From Tagaea sp. (GTDB lineage Bacteria > Pseudomonadota > Alphaproteobacteria > CACIAM-22H2), in the NCBI GenBank assembly GCA_965279525.1, contig CBDIIB010000004.1, positions 320,001-384,000 of the forward strand: a stretch of 64,000 nt of DNA. Direction: 5' to 3'. Below are positions 9,124 to 19,506 of the stretch, one piece after another (position 1 is the first letter of the stretch; every line of letters begins with the position of its first letter). The notes beneath the pieces were generated by a model. The model saw nothing but the letters and a program-made list of their open reading frames with translations, ran no database searches and was not told where the DNA came from. The translations under genes were made by a program, and so were the position numbers.

Positions 9124-9617
9124 GGCAGTTCCCCCTTCGGCTCGGCCGGTGCAGGGTAAAACGACTGGATCAACAGCATCGAGAATCCGACGAAAATGGC
9201 CACGTCGGCGAAGTTGAACGCCGGCCAGTGCCAGCCGGCCCAGTGAAAATCGAGAAAGTCGGTCACCCCGCCCTGGCGCCATCGATCGGCAATGTTCCCA
9301 AGGGCACCGCCGCAGGTGGTCCCGAGCCCGATTCTTTCGGAAGGTATATCCGTTCGCCAGGCCCATGCCAGCAACCCGGCCACGATCACCGAGTTGAGAG
9401 CTATCAGAACGATCTGCCGATCCGCCATGGACCCGCCGAACATGCCGAAGCTGACGCCCGTATTGTAGAGAAGAACGATGTTGAAGAAGGACGTGATCTC
9501 GATGATGCGTGGCGGCTGCATTATCGAGTTCACGATCAGCCATTTGGAGGTCTGATCGATCCCGAGTGCGAGCGCCATGGCGAGCGCCAGAACAACGAGC
9601 GTTCGGGCTCGCCTCAT
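9120..9617 (-). CDS. lspA: Lipoprotein signal peptidase II (island copy)
   Basis: DQTSK, NTGVSFG, GALGNIADR, VTDFLD and WPAFNFAD motifs. Confidence 0.93.
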   Translation of the reverse strand: MRRARTLVVLALAMALALGIDQTSKWLIVNSIMQPPRIIEITSFFNIVLLYNTGVSFGMFGGSMADRQIVLIALNSVIVAGLLAWAWRTDIPSERIGLGTTCGGALGNIADRWRQGGVTDFLDFHWAGWHWPAFNFADVAIFVGFSMLLIQSFYPAPAEPKGELP

Positions 9618-10186
9618 GTCCTCGTCTCCCGTACGGCGGTGAACCGGAAGCCGAGGACGAGAACCGCCAGCCCGGCAACAAGCAGTGCGATGCTTGCGAT
9701 CCCGAAGTTCGCCTCTACAGCATCCGCAATTGTCGCGCCGAGAATGTAGCCCGCCCCGACCATGAGCGCCGCCCAGATCAATGCCGAACCTGCGTTCAAT
9801 AGCGTGAAATTGATCCAGCGGATCGACGTCAACCCGACCGGGAGCGCGCCGACGGTTCGCATCCCCTTGGGATACCGATACAAGAAGATATACCAGTATC
9901 CGTAGCGGCCGAGCATGGCGGTCGCGCGATCAAAGTAGGGAGCCAACCAGCCGTACCTCGCCACGATGCGGTCGCCATACCGCCGCGAAGCCCAGAACCG
10001 TGCTTCGTCCCCGAGATATCCGCCGGCAAAAGCTGCCGAGCCTGCGGCGACCGGATCGAGGGCACCTGCCTGCGCGGCAATTCCTGCAAACAGCGGGAGG
10101 CTGCCGCTCTTTAGTGCGGCATACGCGAACAAGATTGCGTAAGCGAGGCTTCCGTACTCGCGGACAATTTCGAGAATCTGGGTCAT
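9614..10186 (-). CDS. DedA family membrane protein
   Basis: GGYLGDEARFWASRRYG and RYPKGMRT motifs; TM pattern. Confidence 0.85.
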   Translation of the reverse strand: MTQILEIVREYGSLAYAILFAYAALKSGSLPLFAGIAAQAGALDPVAAGSAAFAGGYLGDEARFWASRRYGDRIVARYGWLAPYFDRATAMLGRYGYWYIFLYRYPKGMRTVGALPVGLTSIRWINFTLLNAGSALIWAALMVGAGYILGATIADAVEANFGIASIALLVAGLAVLVLGFRFTAVRETRT

Positions 10187-10202
10187 TGCCGTTGTGGAAA
10201 TA

Positions 10203-10798
10203 TCAAAGCCATCGTCGGACTTTGCGCTTGTACTCGAGATAGGGCGATCCGAGGGAGACGGCAAGAGCACGTTCTTCGACGCGAACCTGGATGATCGCGG
10301 CCGCAACGAGTGAAACCGTCAAGACAAGCTGCATCCCATCCGGGAAAAGGGCGAGAAGTCCGACAAACATCACCATCTGGCCGAGAAAGACGGGATTGCG
10401 GGAAACCGTAAAAAGGCCCGCTGCAACGAGCGGCCCGCTTTGTCCGGCGGCCGTTCCGACACGCCACGACTTGCCCATCTGGAACTGGGCAACCAAGGCG
10501 ACATAGACCCCAATCACGACGAGCGCCCCGCCGACAATGTCGAGATCGATCCCCCATATCCGGTCTTCCATCACCAGTCGATTCGGATCGTCATCGGATT
10601 CCGCTCGAAACAACGGGCCCAGCAGCATTCCGGCAAAAGCGAACCGGAACAAGGCCGCCGGAACGCGCTGTTCGCGGTTCCCCGTACCGAACAGCCATAC
10701 GTTCGATCCGGCCATCCGTGCGGCAACGGCCGTCCGGATGAAGAACACCAGCAGGTAACTGGCGAACAACGCAAACCGAATGTCTCGGCCTTCGACAT
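10203..10798 (-). CDS. Isoprenylcysteine carboxyl methyltransferase (ICMT/PEMT)-like membrane protein; possible 1-nt frameshift near 5' end
   Basis: MGKSWRVG, GLFTVSRNPVFLG and EERAL...Y..Y..KVRRW motifs. The in-frame ORF starts at TTG 10769; the upstream ATG at 10798 is one base out of frame. Confidence 0.8.
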
Positions 10799-10813
10799 CA
10801 CGTCAGGTCCGGT

Positions 10814-13033
10814 CTATCGAGTGCCTGAATCGTGGCGAAGCAGGCGCAGCGCATTCAAGGTCACCAAAACCGTCGCCCCGGTATCGGCCAGAATCGCAAT
10901 CCAAAGCCCGGTCAGCCCAAAAACGCTGGTAACCAGGAACACCGCCTTGAGGCCCAGCGCCATTGCGACATTCTGCCGGATATTCGCCATCGTGGCGCGA
11001 GCAAGCCGGATCAGGCGCGGAACGTCTGCGACCCGATCTCCCATCAACGCGCCGTCCGCCGTCTCCAACGCCACTGCCGTACCGGAGCCCATGGCGATGC
11101 CGACATTCGCGGATGCGAGCGCGGGCGCGTCGTTTATGCCATCGCCGATCATCATCACGTTCGCGGATTTCGCGAGCTCGCGGATCGCTTCGACCTTGGC
11201 GTCCGGCAGCAACTCGGCACGCACGTCAATCCCGAGGGCTCCCGCGATCGCGCGTCCGGTCGCCGCATTGTCGCCCGTCAGCATGACGGAGCGAACACCA
11301 ATTGCGCTCAACTCGTCGACGGCAGACTTCGCATCGATACGGGGCTCGTCCCTGAAAGCGATCAACCCGGTCGCCATGTCGTTGCGGACGATGACGACGA
11401 CGGTCTTGCCGTCGCCTTGCAGCGTTGCGAGGACCTCCGCGACAACCGCCGGCAGTGCACCAAGTTCGGCAGCGTAGCGCGGCGAAGCGACCGTAACCTT
11501 GGTCCCTGCCACGAATGCTTCGACGCCGCGACCGGGAATCGCTGTTGCTTGCGAGGCCGGCGCGACCATTACACCGCGGCGAGTCGCTTCGACGGCTACC
11601 GCTTGGGCGAGAGGATGAGAAGATTGCACTTCGACGCTGGCGGCGAATGCGACATTCTCGCTTTCGCTTCCATGGAAAGCGCGCACATCGGTGACGACTG
11701 GCTTGCCTTGCGTCAGCGTGCCTGTCTTGTCGAACGCAACCACCTGCGTCCGCGCGGCGGCCTCGATTACGGCTCCACCCTTCAACAGCAGTCCGCGGCG
11801 TGCACCAGCCGATAGCGAGGATGCAATCGAAGCCGGCACCGATATGACCAGCGCACACGGGCACCCGATCAAAAGCAACGCAAGCGCCCGGTAGATCCAT
11901 GTCTGCCAATCGCCATCCAACATGAGTGGAGGAAAAATCGCGACAACCGCTGCGAGCGCCACGATAGCGGGCATATAGGCGCGACTGAATCGGTCGATGA
12001 AGCGCTCGGTGGGCGCCTTCTTGTCCTGTGCCTCTTCGACAAGGCGGATTATGCGCGAGATCGTATTATCTTCGGCATGCCGCGTGACGCGGATCTCGAT
12101 CGCCGCCTCGCGGTTGATCGATCCGGCAAATACCGGCTCTCCGACGGATTTCGGCTTCGGAACGGATTCTCCCGTGACCGGCGATTCGTCAATGCTGGTC
12201 GATCCGCTTGCGATCTCGCCGTCGGCCGGAATGCGGTCGCCTGGTCGGGCAAGCACGATCTGGCCCGGTGCGAGGGTCGCGGCGCGGACCTCGCGCGTCG
12301 CGCCCTCGAATACGACAAGAGCGGTTTGCGGAATAAGGTCACCGAGTGCGCGAATGCCCGCGCGGGCGCGATCGGCCGCAACGCCTTCGAGGACTTCCCC
12401 GATCGCGAACAGGAATACGACCAAGGCCGCTTCCTCGGATGCCCCGATCGCCAGCGCGCCGGCGGCCGCGATGGTCATCAGCATCTCGATCGTAAAGGGT
12501 TGCCCCATTGACAATGCAGCAAAGGCTCGTCGGGCAACCGGAACAACGCCGATCACGCAGGCGAGTGCAAAGGCCCAGCCGACGACGGAACCAAGTTCAA
12601 GGAGCTTCGCGAACCAGGCAAATCCGAGGAGGGCACCCGTCGTAACGACCAGACGGCCCTTCGATGTCTCGTACCAACCCAACTCTTTGTCTTCCTGACC
12701 AGGGACAGTCTTCTCGGTATGGTCGTGATCATGATTGTGACCGTCCGCATGCGAATGGGTCGCTGCGTGTGCAGCAATCGGCGTCGAGGGAGCCGATTGG
12801 CGTGCCATAACGTAGCCAAGCAAACTCACTCGTCGTTCGATCTCAGCGGCCGGATTGCTGCCCACTCCGACATCGACCGTCAAAGTCTGCCCCATCACGG
12901 AGATGGAGATATTTTGAACTCCCGAGACGGGTCCGATCGCACCTTTGATCTTGATCGCGCAACTCGCGCAGTCCATCCCTTTGACAGACCAGTGAAGTCT
13001 TTCAATGGGTTGTGTGGCGCTTTCGGTCTTCAT
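10814..13033 (-). CDS. Heavy-metal P1B-type ATPase (ZntA/CadA subclass, Zn/Cd/Pb)
   Basis: GMDCASC HMA domain, His-rich linker, TGES, CPC, DKTGT, GDGIND, and LK...ILADTG residues of the P1B-2 group. Confidence 0.95.
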   Translation of the reverse strand: MKTESATQPIERLHWSVKGMDCASCAIKIKGAIGPVSGVQNISISVMGQTLTVDVGVGSNPAAEIERRVSLLGYVMARQSAPSTPIAAHAATHSHADGHNHDHDHTEKTVPGQEDKELGWYETSKGRLVVTTGALLGFAWFAKLLELGSVVGWAFALACVIGVVPVARRAFAALSMGQPFTIEMLMTIAAAGALAIGASEEAALVVFLFAIGEVLEGVAADRARAGIRALGDLIPQTALVVFEGATREVRAATLAPGQIVLARPGDRIPADGEIASGSTSIDESPVTGESVPKPKSVGEPVFAGSINREAAIEIRVTRHAEDNTISRIIRLVEEAQDKKAPTERFIDRFSRAYMPAIVALAAVVAIFPPLMLDGDWQTWIYRALALLLIGCPCALVISVPASIASSLSAGARRGLLLKGGAVIEAAARTQVVAFDKTGTLTQGKPVVTDVRAFHGSESENVAFAASVEVQSSHPLAQAVAVEATRRGVMVAPASQATAIPGRGVEAFVAGTKVTVASPRYAAELGALPAVVAEVLATLQGDGKTVVVIVRNDMATGLIAFRDEPRIDAKSAVDELSAIGVRSVMLTGDNAATGRAIAGALGIDVRAELLPDAKVEAIRELAKSANVMMIGDGINDAPALASANVGIAMGSGTAVALETADGALMGDRVADVPRLIRLARATMANIRQNVAMALGLKAVFLVTSVFGLTGLWIAILADTGATVLVTLNALRLLRHDSGTR

Positions 13034-13062
13034 GAGTAAATCCCTTCGGTTCCGACAAAGGG

Positions 13063-13093
13063 ACGATAGATGCTATAGCTACTGTAGCTTCAA
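13063..13093 (-). promoter_or_regulatory. CadR/PbrR-type promoter-operator (TTGAAG-19 bp-TATCGT; dyad CTACAG-TAG-CTATAG)
   Basis: 19-bp spacer counted; the dyad resembles known CadR/PbrR operators; faces the ATPase. Confidence 0.8.
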
Positions 13094-13125
13094 GTATATT
13101 CGAGTTCGATATCGGAGCATTCGCT

Positions 13126-13590
13126 ATGAAAAATCAGGCTGGCTTGCAGATCACAATCGGGCGCATTGCCGAAGCGGTCGGGTGCAAGGTGCAGACGATC
13201 CGCTACTACGAGCAGATCGGGCTGCTGGCGCGGCCCGAGCGTTCCAGCGGCAACCAGCGCATCTACGGCAGAGCCGATATGGATAGGCTCGCCTTCATCC
13301 GGCATGCTCGCGATCTCGGATTTCCGATCGAGGCAATCCGCGACCTGTTAAGCTTGTCGGATCGTCCCGATCAACCTTGTGAAGCTGCTGATACGATCGC
13401 GCGCGTGCAACTCGTTCATGTCGAGCGACGTATCGAGCAATTGCTGGCATTGAAGCTAGAACTTCAGCGCATGATCACCCAGTGTTCTGGCGGACGAATT
13501 TCCAACTGCCGGGTGATCGAAGTGTTAGGCGATCACGGGAAATGTGTCGCGCATGGCGACAAGTTGGACGGAGTGGCGTTATTGGATTGA
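13126..13590 (+). CDS. MerR-family regulator (CadR/ZntR-like)
   Basis: TIRYYEQIGL HTH; QPCEAAD and CSGGRISNC cysteines; divergent from the ATPase. Confidence 0.92.
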   Translation: MKNQAGLQITIGRIAEAVGCKVQTIRYYEQIGLLARPERSSGNQRIYGRADMDRLAFIRHARDLGFPIEAIRDLLSLSDRPDQPCEAADTIARVQLVHVERRIEQLLALKLELQRMITQCSGGRISNCRVIEVLGDHGKCVAHGDKLDGVALLD

Positions 13591-14054
13591 CACCTTTTTT
13601 TATTGGCCTGTACCCGTAAAAACCCTCCTGCAGAGTATTGTAAAATACGCCTGACAAGAGGAGCGGATGACGCCCACTTCGGCGGATTTTCGTGCTTACG
13701 GCCAGACGGCGTTGGTTCGGTATCGGCGGCAGCACTGGCTGCGGGACCGGATGGGCATCCGGATGAACCGCAATAGGACCCAACCAGCACTTTCATGGCG
13801 ACGCATAAGTGATTTAGTTTTTAGACATCCTAATATTGTTTAGTAAATATAAATGCAAACAATAATTTTATACTAGAATGAACGTCGCCGACGGCATTTT
13901 TTTGAGTTTTTCCACGAATTGAACCTTCCGCCTTGGCCGAATCGCTCAATCAACGTGTACGCGCGAAAAGGCATTATTTGTAAAAAAGTGAGGAAGAAGC
14001 TGTAAAATAATGGCAACTGTATTGACGCTAATTCCCATAAGTATCTGAAAAAAC

Positions 14055-14128
14055 TGGCTGGGGGACTAGGATTCGAACCTAGACTAGCTGAGTCAGAGTC
14101 AGCGGTCCTACCGTTAGACGATCCCCCA
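14055..14128 (-). tRNA. tRNA-Gln (anticodon CTG)
   Basis: Reverse complement TGGGGGATCGTCTAACGGTAGGACCGCTGACTCTGACTCAGCTAGTCTAGGTTCGAATCCTAGTCCCCCAGCCA folds as a cloverleaf with GTTCGAATC T-loop and encoded CCA. Confidence 0.97.
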
Positions 14129-14154
14129 GCAGGGCCGTTCGGCAAGCGGGGTGT

Positions 14155-14183
14155 CGTATATCGCCGTTCGGCGCCTGCGTCAA
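14155..14183 (-). promoter_or_regulatory. Sigma70-like promoter of tRNA-Gln (TTGACG-17-TATACG)
   Basis: 17-bp spacer, just upstream of the tRNA. Confidence 0.55.
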
Positions 14184-14316
14184 TTCGAGCGCCGGTCGAG
14201 GTGGCGCCGGGTGGATTGCTTGTGCCGGATGCGGGGTCTAGAGTGTTCGGCGAAAAGCGTTTTCGCCGGAGGCCAGGCTCGGGGGAGCCGGGGTCGGAGG
14301 CGACAGGGAGTTTGGC

Positions 14317-15333
14317 GTGGTCTACGCAAGCGCCAGTCGGCGCGATGACCGGCCGTCGGCGGTGCACGGGCGATCCGAAGACAGCCTGTTCGCCGCTCTC
14401 GACTTGGGCACCAACAATTGCCGCCTGCTTGTGGCGCGGCCGGCGGGCGACGGATTTCGCGTCGTCGACGCCTTCTCGCGCATCGTGCGCCTCGGCGAGG
14501 GGCTGTCGCGCGACAACGTCCTGACCGAGACGGCGATGGGCCGCGCGATCGAAGCGCTGCAGATCTGCGCGTCCAAGCTGCGCCGGCGCGAGAGCGTGCG
14601 CTTCCGCGGCGTTGCGACCGAAGCCTGCCGGCGTGCCGGCAACGGCATGACGTTCCTGTCGCGCGTGCGCGCGGAGACCGGCCTGCTGCTCGAGCCGATA
14701 GCACCTGCCGAAGAGGCGAACCTCGCACTTGCCGGCTGCGCGCCGTTGCTCGACACCTCGCGCCCGCACGCGATCGTCTTCGACATCGGCGGCGGCAGCA
14801 CCGAGGTGATGTGGCTCGACCAGGACGAGACCGACTGGCGGATCGTCGATTTCGTGTCGCTGCCGTTCGGCGTGGTGCCGGTGGCCGAACGCTTCGGCCC
14901 CGACGCGGTCGCCGGCGACGTCTATGAAAGCGTGGTCCTCGAGATCGCCGCGGCGCTGGGCGAACTGGACGCGCGGCATGCAATCGCGGCGCAGGTCGCC
15001 GCCGGCAATGTCGACATGCTCGGCACGTCGGGAACGGTCACGACATTGTCGGGCCTCGCGATGGGCCTGCGCCACTACCAGCGCGACCGCGTGGACGGCT
15101 CGATTCTGGGTTTCGACGAGATGCGCCGCCATTCGGCCGAGCTTGCCAGCCAGGATTTCGAGACACGCGCGCGCCATCCGTGCATCGGGCGCGAGCGCGC
15201 CGATCTCGTCGTCGCGGGCTGCGCGGTGTTGGAGGGGATCTGCCGGCGCTGGGCCGTGGGCAGTTTGCGCGTCGCCGACCGGGGCCTGCGCGAAGGCATC
15301 CTGCTGGGCATGATGCGCGAGATGAGCGCATGA
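14317..15333 (+). CDS. ppx: Ppx/GppA phosphatase family protein
   Basis: ALDLGTNNCRL, ATEACR, DIGGGSTE and GLREGIL motifs; start uncertain. Confidence 0.9.
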   Translation: MVYASASRRDDRPSAVHGRSEDSLFAALDLGTNNCRLLVARPAGDGFRVVDAFSRIVRLGEGLSRDNVLTETAMGRAIEALQICASKLRRRESVRFRGVATEACRRAGNGMTFLSRVRAETGLLLEPIAPAEEANLALAGCAPLLDTSRPHAIVFDIGGGSTEVMWLDQDETDWRIVDFVSLPFGVVPVAERFGPDAVAGDVYESVVLEIAAALGELDARHAIAAQVAAGNVDMLGTSGTVTTLSGLAMGLRHYQRDRVDGSILGFDEMRRHSAELASQDFETRARHPCIGRERADLVVAGCAVLEGICRRWAVGSLRVADRGLREGILLGMMREMSA

Positions 15334-15980
15334 CCGAGCGGCGCCTGCATGTGAAACTGAAGACCGCCAAGGGCCGCTCGACCGCGTCCCAGCAATGGAT
15401 CTCGCGCCAGCTCAACGATCCTTACGTGGGCAAGGCGATCGACCAGGGCTATCGCAGCCGGGCTGCCTTCAAGCTCATGGAGATCGACGACAAGTACAAG
15501 CTGCTGAAGAAGGGCTCGCGCGTCGTCGACCTCGGTGCGGCGCCCGGCGGCTGGACGCAGGTCGCCGTCGAGCGCGGCTGCGGCAAGGTCGTCGCCCTCG
15601 ACATCCTCGAGATGGCGCCGGTCGCGGGTGCCACCGTCCTGCAGGCCGATTTCCTCGATGCCAAGGCGCCCGCGAAACTGCAGGAGGTGCTGGGCGGCAA
15701 GGTCGATGTCGTGCTTTCCGACATGGCGCCCTCGACCACCGGCCATCGCGAGACCGACCACATGCGTATCGTCATCCTCGTCGAGGCGGCGATCGAGTTC
15801 ATGGCCCAGACGCTGCGCAAGGGCGGGGCGTTCGTGGCGAAGTTCCGCCAGGGGCCGGACGAGGTGAACATCTTCAAGGCGACCCAGACGCGCTTCGACA
15901 AGGTGGTGCGCGTCAAGCCGCCGGCCTCGCGATCCGAGTCGTCGGAGTTCTACATCGTCGCGATCGGCTTCAGGGGCTGA
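15330..15980 (+). CDS. rlmE: 23S rRNA Um2552 methyltransferase
   Basis: GYRSRAAFKL, DLGAAPGGW, SDMAP and KPPASR motifs. Confidence 0.95.
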   Translation: MTERRLHVKLKTAKGRSTASQQWISRQLNDPYVGKAIDQGYRSRAAFKLMEIDDKYKLLKKGSRVVDLGAAPGGWTQVAVERGCGKVVALDILEMAPVAGATVLQADFLDAKAPAKLQEVLGGKVDVVLSDMAPSTTGHRETDHMRIVILVEAAIEFMAQTLRKGGAFVAKFRQGPDEVNIFKATQTRFDKVVRVKPPASRSESSEFYIVAIGFRG

Positions 15981-16041
15981 AAAGGCAACGATTCCCGGGG
16001 CCTCGAACGGGGTTCCCGCCGCCGCCCGACTGGTGTATTGA

Positions 16042-17537
<1,496 letters not shown>

Positions 17538-17538
<1 letters not shown>

Positions 17539-18863
17539 TGACGCCCGGCGGGCGCGCAGCCGCCGCGATCGAGATCCTCGACAAGATCATCGCCGACCGC
17601 ACGCCGGCCGACCGGCTGGCGAACGACTATTTCCGCTCGCGCCGCTATATCGGCTCGAAGGACCGCACGGCCGTGCAGGCCATCGTCTATGGCTGCCTGC
17701 GCCACCGCGCCCAGCTCGAATGGTGGCTGGCGCGCATCCGCGACGGTGCACGCCGCGAGCCCTTCGCGCCCAACGGCCGCGCGTGGGCCATCGCGTATCT
17801 GGCGATCCTGCAGAAGATCCCGCCCGAGAAGATCGCCACGACGTTCTCGGGCGAGCAGTACGACCCGCCGCCCTTGTCGCGCGGCGAGCAGGCCGCGGCC
17901 GAAGCCTTGTCGGGCCGCTCGATCGAACATCCCGACCAGCCCGAAGCCGTGCGCGCCAACGTGCCGGCCTGGATCGTGGGCCGCCTTCGCGTCCGCTTCG
18001 GCGACGATCACGCGCGCGAGATGGCCGCCTTCGCCGAGGAAGCGCCGCTGGATCTTCGCACCAACATCCTGAAGACCGACCGCAAGACGCTGCGCGGCCT
18101 CTTGAAGGACATCGGCATCGAGACCGAGCCCACGCGCCTGTCGCCGTGGGGCCTGCGCGCGGCGACGCGCGCGGCGCTGATGGCGAGCGAGCCCTACAAG
18201 GAAGGGCTGGTCGAGGTACAGGACGAAGGCTCGCAGCTCGTGGCCCTGCTCGTGGGTGCCGAACCCGGCATGCGCGTGTGCGATTTCTGCGCCGGGGCCG
18301 GCGGCAAGTCGCTCGCCATCGCGGCCACCATGGGCAACAAAGGCCAGGTCGCCGCGTGCGACGTGTCGGCCAAGCGGCTGGACGCCACGGGCCTGCGCCT
18401 GCGCCGCGCCGGCGTGTTCAATGTCGAGCGCACGACGCTGTCGGACGAGCGCGACAAGTGGGTCAAGAAGCACGCCGGCATGTACGACCGCGTGCTGGTC
18501 GACGCACCCTGCACGGGGACCGGCACCTGGCGGCGCAATCCCGACGCGCGCTGGACACTGCGCGAGGCCGAAATCGCCGAGCTTGCCGACAAGCAGCGCC
18601 GCATCCTTGAAAGTGCCGCCCGCCTCGTGAAGCCGGGCGGGCATCTCGTCTATGCGACCTGCTCGCTGCTGGCGGAAGAAAACGAGATGCAGGCCGACGC
18701 CTTCGCCGCCGCCCACCCGGAATTCGCCGTGCTGCCGGTGCCCGAACTATGGGCGAAGATGTCGTCGGCCCCGTGCCCGACGGCGGGGCCGTACCTCACG
18801 CTCAACCCCGCGCGCGACCGCACCGACGGGTTCTTCGTGGCCGCGTTCGTGCGCAGCGCGTAA
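17538..18863 (+). CDS. RsmB/NOP family RNA m5C methyltransferase
   Basis: EVQDEGSQ, DFCAGAGGK, DAPCTGTG, YATCS and DGFF motifs. Confidence 0.92.
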
Positions 18864-18875
18864 GCTCGCTCCGCC

Positions 18876-19472
18876 ATGCCGGTCCAGCTCCTGAAAGCCC
18901 ACATCGCCCACGCAAGGGGGATCGCGCGCGTCTATGTCGATGCGTGGCGCACGACCTATGCGGGGCTGCTGCCGGCCCGCGCGCTGACGGGCATGTCGTA
19001 CGACCGCCAGACGGTCGAATGGGCGCACCAGATCCGCCACAAGGGGCTGCACTGCCCGATCCTCGTCGCCTATGACGACCGGGCAGGGGTGATCGGCATG
19101 ACGAGCTTCGGCAAGTCGCGCATCGAGGATAGGCCGGCCTCGGCGCCGTTCCTGTCCGGCAACCCCGATTTCGGCTCGGGCGAGGTGTTCACGCTCTATG
19201 TCCACCCCGACCATCAGGATCGCGGCATCGGGCGCCAGCTGATGGGGGCGGCGTTCGCTGGCCTTCGCGAGCGCGGCCTTGCGAAGGCCTATGTCTGGGT
19301 GCTCGACAGCAATCCCGCGCGCTATTTCTACGAACGGATGGGCGGGCGCTACATCGCTGACCGCGACGAGGATCTGTGGGGGGTCGCGGTGTCGCAGGCC
19401 GCCTATGGCTGGCCCGACCTTGCGGCGGCACAGAGCCGGCTGGGCCTTGTCCGCCAGAGCCGTTTCGGGTAA
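18876..19472 (+). CDS. GNAT family N-acetyltransferase
   Basis: [17 protein letters not shown] motif A; [10 protein letters not shown]. Confidence 0.9.
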   Translation: MPVQLLKAHIAHARGIARVYVDAWRTTYAGLLPARALTGMSYDRQTVEWAHQIRHKGLHCPILVAYDDRAGVIGMTSFGKSRIEDRPASAPFLSGNPDFGSGEVFTLYVHPDHQDRGIGRQLMGAAFAGLRERGLAKAYVWVLDSNPARYFYERMGGRYIADRDEDLWGVAVSQAAYGWPDLAAAQSRLGLVRQSRFG

Positions 19473-19506
19473 TCGGATCGACCGCTTTTTGAAGGGACGT
19501 CGCACG

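Larger units (their letters stand above)
1..14054. mobile_element. Heavy-metal resistance genomic island (partial; left end outside window), adjacent to 3' end of tRNA-Gln
   Basis: Metal-resistance cargo, visibly more A/T-ending codons than downstream core genes, and an AT-rich tract ending exactly at the tRNA CCA. No integrase or att duplicate is seen in the window. Confidence 0.7.

Noticed and set aside
8683-9681. 332-aa ORF suggesting an LspA-DsbB fusion
   Set aside because: The N-terminal part is an alternate frame of lspA; DsbB starts at ATG 9123, overlapping the lspA stop.
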